Assembly (NCBI GenBank): GCA_964511965.1
Contig: CAZEGF010000022.1
Span: 12,101-76,100, forward strand
Direction of reading: 5' to 3'
Source of the DNA: an uncultured Gammaproteobacteria bacterium
GTDB lineage: Bacteria; Patescibacteriota; Microgenomatia; Levybacterales; GWA1-39-11
Length of the DNA stretch: 64,000 bases
Shown here one piece after another: positions 9,370 through 18,237 of the stretch. The notes under the pieces were generated by a model. It was given only the letters and a program-made list of their open reading frames with translations. It had not been told where the DNA came from and searched no databases. Numbering within the stretch: the stretch's first letter is position 1; every line of letters starts with the position of its first letter. A program made the translations under genes and the position numbers.

Positions 9370-10482
9370 ATGCTGGTTACAGTTCTTGCTTTCATAATAA
9401 TCCTTTCCGTTCTTGTTATCGTCCACGAATTAGGTCATTTCTTTGTTGCCAAAAAATTAGGAATTAAGGTAGAAGAATTCGGAGTTGGGTTCCCACCGAG
9501 AGCTTTCAGTCGCAAAATAGGTGAGACCGTATATTCCATTAACTGGCTTCCTGTAGGAGGGTTTGTGAAATTGTATGGTGAAGATGCAGCAGGAGGGGGT
9601 TCGGTAAGAAGCAAGCAGCAAGAAGCAAGTAGCAAGGGTGTGGATGAGGTGGAGCGGGCATATTATGCAAGACCGCTGTGGCAAAGAATGGCAGTTGTTA
9701 CTGCTGGGGTTATCATGAATGTAATTTTGGCAATTGTTGTTATCTCATTTCTCTTTGCGACACAAGGAGTTCCACTACCTACGGACAACATTATTGTCAC
9801 TGAAGTTGCGCCTAATTCACCTGCTGCAATTGCCGGCATTTTAAAAAATGACAGAATATTAAAAATTGATGGTAAGCAAATAAAAACAACAGAATTATTT
9901 ATTTCACAAACCAAAAAACTCCGCGGACAAGAAGTGACTCTTATTGTAAAAAGAGGAGACAGCGAATTTACGACAAAGTTAACTCCACGGTTAAATGCTC
10001 CGAAAAATCAGGGTGCGATGGGGGTTGCAATATCCAACATCGAAGTTAAAAAATATTCCTGGTTTGAAGCGCCCATTTTTGGGACAATTGAGGCTGCAAA
10101 ATTTTCGTGGATGATAGCAAGTGGGCTTGGCACGATGATAGTTGATTTTGTTTTGCATGGGACAAAACCACAAGGAGTAGCAGGTCCTATTGGTGTTGCG
10201 CAGCTAACTGGTGAAGCAGTAAGAGCAGGGTGGTTTGCAGTATTGTGGTTCATGGCTCTTCTTTCCCTAAATTTAGCCGTTCTTAATATCTTACCTATTC
10301 CAGCCCTTGACGGAGGTCGTTTTTTCTTTATGATAATCGAAATGCTTACTGGCAAAAAAGTAAGTCCAAAATACGAAGCATATGCTCATGGTGTTGGGCT
10401 CGTTCTCCTACTTGGTCTTATGGCGGTCGTGACATTACTTGATATAGTTAGACTTCTGCAGGGGAAAAGCATAATACCCTAA
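9370..10482 (+). CDS. rseP: RIP (site-2) zinc metalloprotease RseP
   Basis: HELGHF motif, PDZ region and the LNLAVLNILPIPALDGG motif. An in-frame insertion SKQQEASSKG is encoded by the AGCAAG hexamer repeat at 9606-9634. Confidence 0.9.
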   Translation: MLVTVLAFIIILSVLVIVHELGHFFVAKKLGIKVEEFGVGFPPRAFSRKIGETVYSINWLPVGGFVKLYGEDAAGGGSVRSKQQEASSKGVDEVERAYYARPLWQRMAVVTAGVIMNVILAIVVISFLFATQGVPLPTDNIIVTEVAPNSPAAIAGILKNDRILKIDGKQIKTTELFISQTKKLRGQEVTLIVKRGDSEFTTKLTPRLNAPKNQGAMGVAISNIEVKKYSWFEAPIFGTIEAAKFSWMIASGLGTMIVDFVLHGTKPQGVAGPIGVAQLTGEAVRAGWFAVLWFMALLSLNLAVLNILPIPALDGGRFFFMIIEMLTGKKVSPKYEAYAHGVGLVLLLGLMAVVTLLDIVRLLQGKSIIP

Positions 10483-10536
10483 ATTGAAACTTGAGAGTTG
10501 AGATTTGAGAATTGAGAGACTATACTTTTTAAAATC

Positions 10537-11100
10537 ATGGATCAACAAATACAATCAGCAACAAAGCAACGCATGGAGCGGGCCCTTCAGGTCCTCAAAG
10601 ATGATTTTGGAACCGTAAAGACCGGTAAAGCAAATCCTCAACTTGTTGAAAATATAGTTATCAAAGCATATGGAGGATCGGCGATGCTTAAAGTAAATGA
10701 GCTTGCAACAATTCATGTGCAGGATGCATCGACGGTTGTAATTACTCCCTTTGACCATTCGGTAATTGGGGACATAGAACGCGGCATTTTCGACTCACAA
10801 ATGGGGCTTGGAATATCGGTTGATGGGAGTATTATCAGAATTACCGTTCCACCTTTGACTCAAGAACGTCGTGAAGAATTTGTAAAACTTGTTCATAAAA
10901 AAGCAGAGAATGGAAAAATTATGATCAGGCAAGCGAGAGCCGAATCAAATGATGAAATAGGAAAAATGAAAAAAAATAATGAGATTACAGAGGATGATGA
11001 AAAGAGGTTGGAAAAGGAAGTACAGAAATTAACGGACGAATATGTTGAAAAGATTGATGAGATAGAGAAAATGAAAGAGCAAGAGTTAATGACAGTATAA
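10537..11100 (+). CDS. frr: Ribosome recycling factor
   Basis: 187 aa with family-typical sequence (MERALQVLKDDFGTVKTGKANPQLVENI...) and conserved position after tsf/rseP. Confidence 0.95.
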   Translation: MDQQIQSATKQRMERALQVLKDDFGTVKTGKANPQLVENIVIKAYGGSAMLKVNELATIHVQDASTVVITPFDHSVIGDIERGIFDSQMGLGISVDGSIIRITVPPLTQERREEFVKLVHKKAENGKIMIRQARAESNDEIGKMKKNNEITEDDEKRLEKEVQKLTDEYVEKIDEIEKMKEQELMTV

Positions 11101-11186
11101 CTTCAGGAAATAGTAACTAGTGACTAGCAAATAGGTTCTGATATGAATAAACCTAGTTACTAATTACTAATCCCTATTTTACTATT

Positions 11187-11804
11187 ATGCGAATTCCAAA
11201 AGCATTAGAGCGTGTTGTAGAAAGTTTTGAGCGTCTTCCCGGTATTGGCCCTAAGTCGGCGCAACGATTGGGATTTTATTTACTGCATGTTCCCCAAAGT
11301 GATCTAGAAGATTTTGCCGACGCGCTTATAAATCTTAAGAAAAATACGAAAATGTGTGCGATTTGTTTTAATATCGGGACTACTGAACTTTGTGATGTAT
11401 GTGCAGATCCGGAGCGTGACAATGGAACTATTTGTGTAGTTGAAGATACTCTAGACGTTCTGGCATTTGAAAAGTCAGACAAATATAAAGGGGTATATCA
11501 CGTATTGCATGGAGTTGTTGATCCATTAAATTCTATCGGACCGGATGACATTTATATTCCACAACTGATGAAGAGGATCAAGCAGCAAGCAGCAAGTGGT
11601 AAGCAAATAGAAGAAATTATTATAGCTACAAATCCCACGATGGAGGGAGAAGCAACAGCTATGTATATTGTGAAAGGTATGAAGAACGAGGAATTAGGGA
11701 TTAAGATCAGTAGAATTGGGAGAGGATTGCCGGTCGGTGCAGATATTGAATATGCGGATGAAGTGACATTGGGTCGAGCTTTGGAAGGAAGAAGCGAATA
11801 CTAA
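11187..11804 (+). CDS. recR: Recombination protein RecR
   Basis: LPGIGPKSAQRLGFYLL HhH motif, C4 zinc finger (CAICFNIGTTELCDVCAD), Toprim IIATNPTMEGEATAMYI. In-frame IKQQAASGKQ insertion encoded by the hexamer repeat. Confidence 0.95.
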   Translation: MRIPKALERVVESFERLPGIGPKSAQRLGFYLLHVPQSDLEDFADALINLKKNTKMCAICFNIGTTELCDVCADPERDNGTICVVEDTLDVLAFEKSDKYKGVYHVLHGVVDPLNSIGPDDIYIPQLMKRIKQQAASGKQIEEIIIATNPTMEGEATAMYIVKGMKNEELGIKISRIGRGLPVGADIEYADEVTLGRALEGRSEY

Positions 11805-13415
11805 CTAACTTTGGCCATCTGTTCCGGTCGGGGCAAGTGGAGATGCTCCTGGAAAAGCAATGACGTTAGATGGAGCTTCACCTGCAGTTGCTTGAGTACC
11901 TCCAAGTGAATCCAGTCCTGTTGCTGGTGCTGATTCGGAAACTGATTGTTGCGCTTCACCTGGGAAAGCGAGTACGTTATTTACTTCTTTTGAATTTGGA
12001 ACAATTTCCAGCTTTGGAGTTTGTGGTAGACCTGCAGCGAGTGGGCTTGAGCCATCAACCATCCCTGGTCCAGTAGCAGAAGCATTTGGATCTGTTGGTG
12101 ACATACCACCGGGAACTGCAGTTACCGGAGCGGTTGGATCAACATCAGTGTTAGCAGTAGCTACAGCGGCATCAGCGACTTCACCGGTTGTAGCTGGTTC
12201 TGATCCGGTTTCAATTGGGATATCGTGGCCAACTTCTTCACTACTGTTTAATGCTTCAGTGGTAAAAGGTGGTTTGTCTGCTGCAGCAGCAGCACCATCT
12301 GCCATTGCTTTTCCTAATGCATCTCCATCAACTGCAGCATCTCCACTAACAACAGGGGCATCAGGATGTGATGCAGTCCCATCGACTGACCAATCAGGAG
12401 GAGCTTGCATTCCATCAGCGACAGCTCCCGGACCAGCATGAACAGCTTCATCATTTGCATCAGCGGATTGAATTGGTGCTTCAGGTTCTTCAACGTGAGT
12501 TTCTGCAACTGGTTCTACCGCTGGAACAGAGGCAACAGGAGTAGTTGTGACATCAGCAACAGATTCGACTGGAGTAGTGGTCGGAGCATCAGGAAGTGTG
12601 CTTTCCTCTTGCGCAGGTTCAGCAGTTGCGCTAGGTGTAAATTCTGCAGGCTTGTCTTCAGTAGTTACTTGGGCAACAGGTTCTGCAATTGATTCTTCTG
12701 CTTCAGCCATAGGTTCAACGGGTGGCTGAGGTACAACTTCCGGTTGAGATGTTCCAAGACTTGGTGCATCTGATGCAACAACTTCTGCTGGAGCAGGTGA
12801 AGATGCGACCACTCCGCCATTTTCTGGACTTGAAATAGAATTTTGGAATGGAACACCAGTCGCAACACCGGCAGCTGTTGCATCAGGTGTTGAGAGTCCA
12901 GCGTAATTATTCTCAGGTGTTGTTGCAGTGGGTGCTTCAAACTTTGGAGCAGAGGCACCATCTGCCGTCGCTCCATTAAGGTTTGCTACATCTGGAGTTT
13001 GAAGTGTCCCATTGCCTGTTGGTATCAAATGATCAGGTGGGGTCGCAACAGCTGCAACTTCTGGCTTTTTACTTTTAAGACCCATTCCTTCCAGTGCTCC
13101 ACCAATAACTTTTCCAAACAAACCTCGTCTTTGTTCGGTCACTGGTGGTTGGTTTTGAACATCTTTCTTCTCTTCAACCATTGCGTTGTGGGTTGCTATT
13201 ATTTCAGGTGTTTGAGGTGTACCAACAGGTTCAAGTCCTGTTAAGACAGCCGGATGTTCTCCTGTTGCCTCCATATCTTGAGTAAGAGTAGTCGATTGTG
13301 CATTCGGATCAGAAGGAGCAGCAACAGACGCTTCGGCAGCAGAACTTGGGGGTACTACACCGTCAACTGGTTGAACACTAGAATTAATATTAGGGGATTC
13401 CGGTTGAATATCCAT
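11805..13415 (-). CDS. Acidic low-complexity (Pro/Ala/Thr/Val/Glu-rich) protein, probably intrinsically disordered
   Basis: 536-aa ORF with no TM segment and a locally higher-GC, strongly biased composition. Internal repeat NV(L/I)AFPG. No recognisable domain. Confidence 0.45.
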   Translation of the reverse strand: MDIQPESPNINSSVQPVDGVVPPSSAAEASVAAPSDPNAQSTTLTQDMEATGEHPAVLTGLEPVGTPQTPEIIATHNAMVEEKKDVQNQPPVTEQRRGLFGKVIGGALEGMGLKSKKPEVAAVATPPDHLIPTGNGTLQTPDVANLNGATADGASAPKFEAPTATTPENNYAGLSTPDATAAGVATGVPFQNSISSPENGGVVASSPAPAEVVASDAPSLGTSQPEVVPQPPVEPMAEAEESIAEPVAQVTTEDKPAEFTPSATAEPAQEESTLPDAPTTTPVESVADVTTTPVASVPAVEPVAETHVEEPEAPIQSADANDEAVHAGPGAVADGMQAPPDWSVDGTASHPDAPVVSGDAAVDGDALGKAMADGAAAAADKPPFTTEALNSSEEVGHDIPIETGSEPATTGEVADAAVATANTDVDPTAPVTAVPGGMSPTDPNASATGPGMVDGSSPLAAGLPQTPKLEIVPNSKEVNNVLAFPGEAQQSVSESAPATGLDSLGGTQATAGEAPSNVIAFPGASPLAPTGTDGQS

Positions 13416-13449
13416 TACAAACTAAGTTACAGGAAAACGGGTTGGATTG

Positions 13450-14196
13450 TCAAGAGTTTTTGCCTTTTTTCCATAGGGCATTTTGTAATAAAACGCCATA
13501 AACATCGGTCTCAGGGTCTATAGAAAGAAGTTTTAATTCCTCCTCTGTCGGATTTCTGTCTTGAAAATTAACAAATGAAATATCCGTAACAACAGCAAGT
13601 GGGGTTTGATTTGCGCCTTCACCCATAACAACTACTGCAGCAGCGGCAATTCCTTCCATAACTCCAACTTGAGTCATTTTTAAAATCCTCCCAAAAATAT
13701 CTGGTGTACCAACGTGGTTATTAAGTGCCAAAAATCCACTATGAGCGATCCCAATTCCCGTTATTCCATATCGTAGTGGTGTGGTTTTACTGTCTGTTAT
13801 CAAAACTCCAACATTTTTTATATTATGTTTTTGAACCAGATGTTCTCTTATTTTATTTGCACTATCTTGAGGATTTTTTGGCCATAATACATATCCGTCA
13901 ATTGTATTTGATTCGTCTATTCCGGCGTTTACTGCCAATATATTATTTTTTAAAGTTACTATTAGTTGGAATGAATTTGTTTCTTTCGGAAGATATTTGT
14001 CAGCTTGTGAGATGACCAAGCTTTCCTTATCAATAGAATCCATGGCAACTGTGTTACCCTCACAAAGTGAGACTATTTTACTCGTAATAACGAGAATGGA
14101 ATTTTCAGAAAGAGTAGGGACATATTGATCAATTATTTTAAGTATGTCATTGTCTTTCACCGTTATTTTGTGTGTTTTGATTGGTACAATATTCAT
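13450..14196 (-). CDS. CofE-like gamma-glutamyl ligase family protein (coenzyme F420-0:L-glutamate ligase-like)
   Basis: N-terminus IVPIKTH...DNDILKII...NSILVITSKIVSLCEGN fits the CofE family pattern (IPI...GDDL...DIVVITSKIVSKAEGR). Confidence 0.5.
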   Translation of the reverse strand: MNIVPIKTHKITVKDNDILKIIDQYVPTLSENSILVITSKIVSLCEGNTVAMDSIDKESLVISQADKYLPKETNSFQLIVTLKNNILAVNAGIDESNTIDGYVLWPKNPQDSANKIREHLVQKHNIKNVGVLITDSKTTPLRYGITGIGIAHSGFLALNNHVGTPDIFGRILKMTQVGVMEGIAAAAVVVMGEGANQTPLAVVTDISFVNFQDRNPTEEELKLLSIDPETDVYGVLLQNALWKKGKNS

Positions 14197-14203
14197 TTGA
14201 ATT

Positions 14204-15307
14204 TTAAAATCTTGGAACTAAAATATTTTTTGTATCGATAAGATCGTATTTGAAGAGGATATTAGATAAAATCGGAGATTTAGTTGCATAAAGTAATTTT
14301 CTTGGATATTTTTCCGCTCTCAGATTTTCAATTTCATGGTATCCCAATAAATAACACGCATCTTTTGGAAATCCTCCCGGGCGGGATGTATCGCGCATAC
14401 CTCTTTTAACACGATACGTCATAATAAAGGCTCTTTGAGGACTTAGATTTTGTGACAATATTTCATAAATCTCAACAAAACTCTTATCGATATTTCTCAC
14501 AGCTTTTATCCGATGGAAATACATTTCAAAAGCACTTGGAGTAATTTTTCTTGTTATGATTTCATTATATATAGCAAGCCCTTCGCTATATAAATTTTGG
14601 TTTCCATATTTTGTAAATTCAGTAAGAAGAGTTGATGAATTTTTTATATTTTCAGTTTGAATGGCATGTGATTCTATTTCATGGACTACGAGCCGATCTA
14701 CATTACATTCAAATCTCTTAATTTCGCTTCCTATTACTATTGTATTATAACCAACCCCAATCATGTGCGGAGCAAAGCTATTAATCTTAACGGTAAAGCT
14801 ATTAATATTATATTTTCGAAGAGCTTTTTCAAATCTTTCTTTTATTTTTTGCGCATCTTTTATTTTATGTTTTATATGCATCTTAAATTCTACATTCGGA
14901 GTATTTGCTAGCAACAAATCTAACCGGTCGGTTCCCCAATTATAAAGTTTATGAACGATTTCGGAAAAATCATCTTCTCCGATTGACAATTTTGTATGAT
15001 ATAAATCAATTTGATTATCTAAAAATTCCAAGATATGTTGTTTGAGATCCTCAGGAATTTTCAAAGAATCAACTCTTAATTTAAAATTATCAATTATTTC
15101 AGGGATATTTGGAAGCTCCTGTTTTTTGTAAATGTATTGTGGATTATAAGAATGGTTTTCAAAGAATTTTGCCATCTCCTCAGAATAATTGAGAGGTGTG
15201 AGAGAAACGTTTCCTAGGCGAAGAGAATTTTTAATTCCTATGATTTCGCGGGCTAATAATTCTAACTTTTCTCTATCCGGAAAAGAATGCATTTGAGATG
15301 ATTTCAT
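14204..15307 (-). CDS. DUF1704 / MATCAP-like putative metallopeptidase (QEGLA-motif family)
   Basis: Contains HEIESH (HExxH) and SEGLA. Both motifs are diagnostic of the DUF1704 / tyrosine carboxypeptidase-like family. Confidence 0.45.
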   Translation of the reverse strand: MKSSQMHSFPDREKLELLAREIIGIKNSLRLGNVSLTPLNYSEEMAKFFENHSYNPQYIYKKQELPNIPEIIDNFKLRVDSLKIPEDLKQHILEFLDNQIDLYHTKLSIGEDDFSEIVHKLYNWGTDRLDLLLANTPNVEFKMHIKHKIKDAQKIKERFEKALRKYNINSFTVKINSFAPHMIGVGYNTIVIGSEIKRFECNVDRLVVHEIESHAIQTENIKNSSTLLTEFTKYGNQNLYSEGLAIYNEIITRKITPSAFEMYFHRIKAVRNIDKSFVEIYEILSQNLSPQRAFIMTYRVKRGMRDTSRPGGFPKDACYLLGYHEIENLRAEKYPRKLLYATKSPILSNILFKYDLIDTKNILVPRF

Positions 15308-15624
15308 GAACTCCTATGTTACCATTCAAGGCTAAAATTGTCTAATTCACGCAGACTGCCCGAAGGGTATATGAATTGAAAATTGAGATTTAAGACTTGA
15401 GAATTGTTTTTGTACAAATAATAGCAACGAATCAAGGGTTTTATATAAATAAAAAATAACAAAACATATTCGCATTTTTGGTGTATATTTTGCACAGAAA
15501 AAGAATGTTTTAAACTACAATAACTTCTAGCTAATATCTATTAGATAATAGAATGTGCGGGGATAAAATTACCGCAATGATTCATTTTTTAAATAGATCA
15601 TAATAGCTCAGGGTTTAGTTGTTA

Positions 15625-15668
15625 GCGTTTAAGCGAAGCTTGACCCTTGTGGGATAGGGTTTAGTTGC
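15625..15668. repeat. About 45-bp dispersed repeat, copy 2 (gcgtttaagcgaagcttgacccttgtgggatagggtttagtt)
   Basis: Matches 230-274. Lies in the divergent region between 14204..15307 (-) and 15687..17285 (+). Confidence 0.85.
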
Positions 15669-15686
15669 TCCGTTATTAAGCAATGC

Positions 15687-17285
15687 TTGTGTGTGAGTCT
15701 ATACATGCATATAATTAGTAACATGCAGTTGAATAAATTCTCAGAAAATCTTATTCATCTTTTCGAGAAGGCAAAAGAAGTACCGCTTGAAAGTGCCAAT
15801 ATTATAAATCCCCTCGTATCCGAGCTTGCTTCCTGGTACGAAAAATTCAGAAATTCTATCGAATACCGTGACGAGGAAGTAATTCTCAGAGCATCAATTG
15901 AGAGAATCTTAAAAAGAAGACTAGCTCTTGGTGGGACTGGAGCAACCGCTGCAAAGCCACTACTTAAAGAGCTAGTGTGGGCACGGTATTTTCCGGAGAG
16001 TTTGTACACTGAGGAGACGATAAACAATATCGAAAAAATTATAAATTTTTATCTCCAACTAAAAAATGAAATCGTAAAAAACCATATCCTAAAAGAAGGA
16101 GAGATGCGGAATCTCATGTTTCAATTAATGTCATCTGATGTAGAGCAAACACTCCATCCAAATAAAGTAGAGGAAGCAGTCGGCAACTATATATTTTATG
16201 TTTTGCAGCACAATATCACAATTGATGAGGGGATGGAGGAGGAAAGGGATGTTCAGTTGTTTATAGCTATCAGACGTGCGTATTCAAAAGACGATCTTGC
16301 TTTTCTAAGATTCAAGCTTTACACACAATACTTTGGGAAGATGAGTTTTCAAGAACCGGCATCTGTTGCAGAAAAATTTGTTGACGCACATACACAAATA
16401 GAAAAACAGCTAACTCATCCGGCTCGTTTTAAAATTTTGTCATATGTTAAAAGACAAATCCCACCTTTTCTTATTATGGAAGATATATTTGCGAGTAACG
16501 AAAACATTCGAGAACTGGCCCAAAACGAGCAAGAATTAAATGATAATGTATTGGCAGCTTGCAAGAAAAAATATAAAACAATTTCTGAGAAAGTGAGACG
16601 TGCAATTATACGAAGTGTAATATTTATTTTACTTTCAAAAACATTAATTGCTTTTGGCATTGAAGGAACATATGAAAGAATTTTTCTGGGACACGTTCAA
16701 TGGTTAACGCTTGCTTTAAATGTTGCGATTCCAACTCTTTTTATGATTGTTGTTGGATTTTCAATAAGAACACCTGGTGATAAAAACTCTAGACTAATTT
16801 TATCCAGAATCCATGCACTTTTATTTGATGAAATGCCAAAGGTAGGACGTTCAATTGTTTTTCCACTTCCTGACAGTAAAAAACCACAAACCGTTATGGA
16901 ATGGGTATTTGGTATTTTATGGGTGACTGCATTTCTTTTAAGCTTTGGTGCTGTTTCATTGGGTCTTTCACTTTTGCATTTTAGTGTGGTCAGTCAAATG
17001 ATATTTATATTCTTCTTAGCAATAGTAAGTTTCTTGGCTTACCGAATAAATATAACTGCACACGAATATAGTGTTGAGAGTAGACAAGGAATACTTACTC
17101 CAATTGTCGACTTTTTCTTCATGCCAATTGCCCGAGTTGGACAATATCTGACCGCAGGAATTTCTCAAATAAATATTTTCTTATTTATTTTAGACTTTAT
17201 TATTGAGGCGCCTTACAAAGGGTTGGTTGCTTTCTTTGATCAGTGGTTTTTCTTCTTACACTCCAAGCGGGAAGAGATAGGATAG
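15687..17285 (+). CDS. Hypothetical polytopic membrane protein
   Basis: 532-aa ORF with a soluble N-terminal half followed by at least five hydrophobic helices. No recognisable family. Confidence 0.5.
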   Translation: MCVSLYMHIISNMQLNKFSENLIHLFEKAKEVPLESANIINPLVSELASWYEKFRNSIEYRDEEVILRASIERILKRRLALGGTGATAAKPLLKELVWARYFPESLYTEETINNIEKIINFYLQLKNEIVKNHILKEGEMRNLMFQLMSSDVEQTLHPNKVEEAVGNYIFYVLQHNITIDEGMEEERDVQLFIAIRRAYSKDDLAFLRFKLYTQYFGKMSFQEPASVAEKFVDAHTQIEKQLTHPARFKILSYVKRQIPPFLIMEDIFASNENIRELAQNEQELNDNVLAACKKKYKTISEKVRRAIIRSVIFILLSKTLIAFGIEGTYERIFLGHVQWLTLALNVAIPTLFMIVVGFSIRTPGDKNSRLILSRIHALLFDEMPKVGRSIVFPLPDSKKPQTVMEWVFGILWVTAFLLSFGAVSLGLSLLHFSVVSQMIFIFFLAIVSFLAYRINITAHEYSVESRQGILTPIVDFFFMPIARVGQYLTAGISQINIFLFILDFIIEAPYKGLVAFFDQWFFFLHSKREEIG

Positions 17286-17387
17286 GAACACTAGTTTTCA
17301 ATTTTCAGTTCACAGTTTCCAATTAGTTTTCATTTAATTAATTTTCAATGAGAACTAACTGAGAATTGAGAAATTGTAACTGGAAAC

Positions 17388-17726
17388 TCATTTGATTTCG
17401 AGGAGTTCAACTTCGAATATGAGATCGGCAAGTGGTGGGATAACATCCCCGGCACCTTCTTCTCCATACCCTAAAGTATATGGAATATATAATTTTCTTT
17501 TTCCGCCTTTTTTCATCCCTGGGACTCCTTTGTCCCAACCGGCAATAACATGACCAACACCGATTTTTGTTTGGAATGGAGCACCCCGGTCTACTGAACT
17601 GTCAAATTTTTCACCATCATCAAACGTACCGGTATAATGAATAACAACGGTGTCACCTGCTTTAACGGCAGGACCAGTTCCCTCAACTATTTCTTCGATC
17701 TTAAATTCTGTGACATTAGTTTTCAT
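17388..17726 (-). CDS. FKBP-type peptidyl-prolyl cis-trans isomerase
   Basis: GDTVVIHYTGTFDDGEKFDSS...IAGWDKGVPGMKKGGKRKLYIPYTLGYGEEG is a canonical FKBP domain. Confidence 0.9.
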   Translation of the reverse strand: MKTNVTEFKIEEIVEGTGPAVKAGDTVVIHYTGTFDDGEKFDSSVDRGAPFQTKIGVGHVIAGWDKGVPGMKKGGKRKLYIPYTLGYGEEGAGDVIPPLADLIFEVELLEIK

Positions 17727-17775
17727 GAGACTTAATTATAAATTAACTAAACGCTAAACGCTAATAGCTAAACGC

Positions 17776-18141
17776 TTATTTTACTCCTACGAAATCAATG
17801 CGGGGGAGAAAGGCACGTATCTGATCCCAGAATTTGTCAGAAAGTCCCGTTGAAAATTTTGAATACTGTCCTTTATCTTGTTGGGAGGTTAATTTCCTTT
17901 CGTATTCACGAATAATATCAACGACTTTTGCACCTTTTTCATTGAACTCTTTTTTAAAAGTTTCTTCATCTTCAACAAATTTGTCATGAACTTCTTTGAA
18001 ATCAAGCATTGTGTCTCGATGCTCTTCCATCATTTCCAAAAATAGTTGGCGGTACTTAGCTGACATTTCTGAAATATTAAATTGAAATATGTAAATAGTC
18101 AAGAGTATTGATAAGTTATCAGTTCTCAATTTACAATTCAC
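17776..18141 (-). CDS. Hypothetical protein; likely start at the internal Met (MSAKYRQLF)
   Basis: ORF only; charged helical sequence. Confidence 0.35.
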   Translation of the reverse strand: MNCKLRTDNLSILLTIYIFQFNISEMSAKYRQLFLEMMEEHRDTMLDFKEVHDKFVEDEETFKKEFNEKGAKVVDIIREYERKLTSQQDKGQYSKFSTGLSDKFWDQIRAFLPRIDFVGVK

Positions 18142-18237
18142 AGTTAATTCTCAATGAAAATTAATTAAATGAAATCTAATTGAAAACTGGAAACTGAAAA
18201 ATGGAAACTTATATAAATAAACTGTATAATTGAACTC

